Assembly: GCA_023265315.1 (NCBI GenBank)
Contig: JAHFUA010000004.1
Span: 2,487-66,486, forward strand
DNA length: 64,000 bases
Direction: 5' to 3'
Origin: Acidobacteriota bacterium
GTDB taxonomy: Bacteria > Acidobacteriota > Terriglobia > Terriglobales > Acidobacteriaceae
Shown: positions 63,029 through 64,000 of the stretch, piece by piece
Layout of the letters: each line of letters begins with the position of its first letter
How positions within the stretch are numbered: the first letter of the stretch is position 1
The notes under the pieces: generated by a model
What the model was told of the DNA's origin: nothing
The model's database searches: none
What the model saw: only the letters and a program-made list of their open reading frames with translations
Made by a program: the position numbers and the translations under genes

Positions 63029-63066
63029 CGAGTCATTGGGACAATTGTCTCATCGAGCCATTCATT
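63018..63066. repeat. octamer array CATTGAGT CATCGAGT CATTGGGA CAATTGTCT CATCGAGC CATTCATT
   Basis: Period 8 (one 9-nt unit). It contains the ATG at 63028 and three upstream ATGs. Confidence 0.8.
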
Positions 63067-63149
63067 CCACGGACTCATGGAATCGCTTCCTGGGCCCGAA
63101 GTGGGCGCGCCAGGAAGTAACCCCGGCCTGCCGGGCGCCTTTGGACGCG

Positions 63150-63170
63150 AAAAAAAACACCGCGGTGTCC
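63150..63170 (-). terminator. possible intrinsic terminator: GGACACCGCGGTG hairpin followed by T8 (minus strand)
   Basis: Short GC palindrome ACACCGCGGTGT followed by TTTTTTTT, about 60 nt downstream of the stop at 63232. The stem is short. Confidence 0.35.
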
Positions 63171-63231
63171 GCTCCCACGGTCACCGGGTGTCTCCCGCTA
63201 GCTTCTCACTAACAAGCCGAGAACGCAGAAC

Positions 63232-64000
63232 TTAGTGCCCGGCAGGTTTCTCTGATTTCTTGGGCGCGGCGGCCGGTGCTTTGGCCGGCTTAGGCTTCCA
63301 GAAATCCGGGTCCGCTTTCACCCACTCATCCGAGACGTAGCTCATGCGCGGATTAAACTGGAACAGGTTCGATTGGCTTGACTCTATGGTCGCAGCCTCC
63401 AGCTCCCTCAGCTTTTTCATGCCTTCTTCGCCCATATTGGCCATGAACTGCTTGCCCTGGGCGAAGCCGCGGTCGATTTCTGCCGCGGACTTCATCGGCG
63501 TGAAAACGACGTAGGTGCCACCGGCGGAGCCATAAGCAGCGTGGTATGTGGCCCAGTGAACGTCGGGTATCTTTTCGTAAGCCGCGGTCACCAGCTTGAC
63601 CAACTCGTCCCAGTCCTTGTGGTGCCCGGGACGAACGTGAAAGACGGAGATCTCGAAATAGCGCATGTGGGCAATGTGGACCGACGAGGCGCGCAGGCTG
63701 TATTCCTCGCTGTACACAAACTCGCCCGCGTCGGTCTCGCTCAGCAGTTCACCATCGACCAGCCCGGCGTGGTCCAGCTCAGCGGCAAGCTTGGCATTCT
63801 TCTGGGTCGCCAGGTTGTCCTTCTCCCAGGCTTCGAAAGAATCGTAGCCGGTGAGAAACAGGGAGCGTGATTTGCCGGAAAGGGAATCGGCCGCCAGGTA
63901 GTGCGTCGGCCATTTCGCGTTCCTGAATGCCTGCACAAACGCGCTTTCGGTTTTCTCGTGCGTCATGCCGCTTTTGCCTGGTTTCACAAACTCGCGGAAG
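63232..64000 (-). CDS. hypothetical protein, 5' end probably beyond window edge
   Basis: The ORF stays open to nt 64000 (FREFVKPGKSGMTHE...). Lys/Pro/Ala-rich C-terminal tail. No family recognised. Confidence 0.5.
   Translation of the reverse strand, partial: FREFVKPGKSGMTHEKTESAFVQAFRNAKWPTHYLAADSLSGKSRSLFLTGYDSFEAWEKDNLATQKNAKLAAELDHAGLVDGELLSETDAGEFVYSEEYSLRASSVHIAHMRYFEISVFHVRPGHHKDWDELVKLVTAAYEKIPDVHWATYHAAYGSAGGTYVVFTPMKSAAEIDRGFAQGKQFMANMGEEGMKKLRELEAATIESSQSNLFQFNPRMSYVSDEWVKADPDFWKPKPAKAPAAAPKKSEKPAGH

Noticed and set aside
1144-63066. Could the short tandem arrays be CRISPR arrays?
   Set aside because: The units are 7-8 nt and contiguous, with no unique spacers of 25-40 nt. There are no cas genes or leader-like sequence in the window.

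Overview
This is a GC-rich bacterial chromosomal segment (roughly two-thirds G+C by eye). The gene content (CarboxypepD_reg-type outer-membrane proteins, a Ser/Thr kinase fused to a TolB-like propeller, b558-type sdhCAB, GH57) and the abundant TGTCATCCTGAGCG-type hairpin repeats suggest an Acidobacteriota/Terriglobia-like genome; this is inference and was not verified. About 57 protein-coding genes are supportable and most are housekeeping: cysteine desulfurase-mnmA, purC, lysA, proC, ggt, sdhCAB, aceE, tlyA-nadK, mazG, rdgB and two cyclophilins. The rest include a giant CHASE3/PAS histidine kinase with a stand-alone receiver, a cupin-TolC-HlyD-MFS efflux operon, hicBA, a PAS-GGDEF-EAL protein and several secreted or lipoprotein hypotheticals. 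I saw no rRNA, tRNA, CRISPR/cas, integrase or intact transposase. I could not identify a convincing new multi-gene protein system (defence, BGC, secretion), and claiming one would be unsupported. The most unusual signal that the features do not explain is non-coding. (i) Locus-specific 7-8 nt tandem arrays sit exactly at gene boundaries, often as inverted pairs that can form long hairpins, and some supply start codons and chained ATGA stop-start overlaps. (ii) A MITE/REP-like inverted-repeat family (TGTCATCC...GGATGACA) with associated GGGGCGCAGC-type hairpins has about 10 copies, including copies inside operons. (iii) A 28-nt palindrome family lies just downstream of stop codons. Other observations: three gene remnants (chrA with an 11-bp tandem duplication next to a decayed IS5-like fragment, a VOC-family tail, and an internally deleted outer-membrane protein); a candidate 50-codon two-TM ORF in the sdhA-sdhB spacer; and a perfect CRP-type palindrome upstream of a plausible sdh promoter. 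All family names come from my reading of motifs in the translations; no searches were run.
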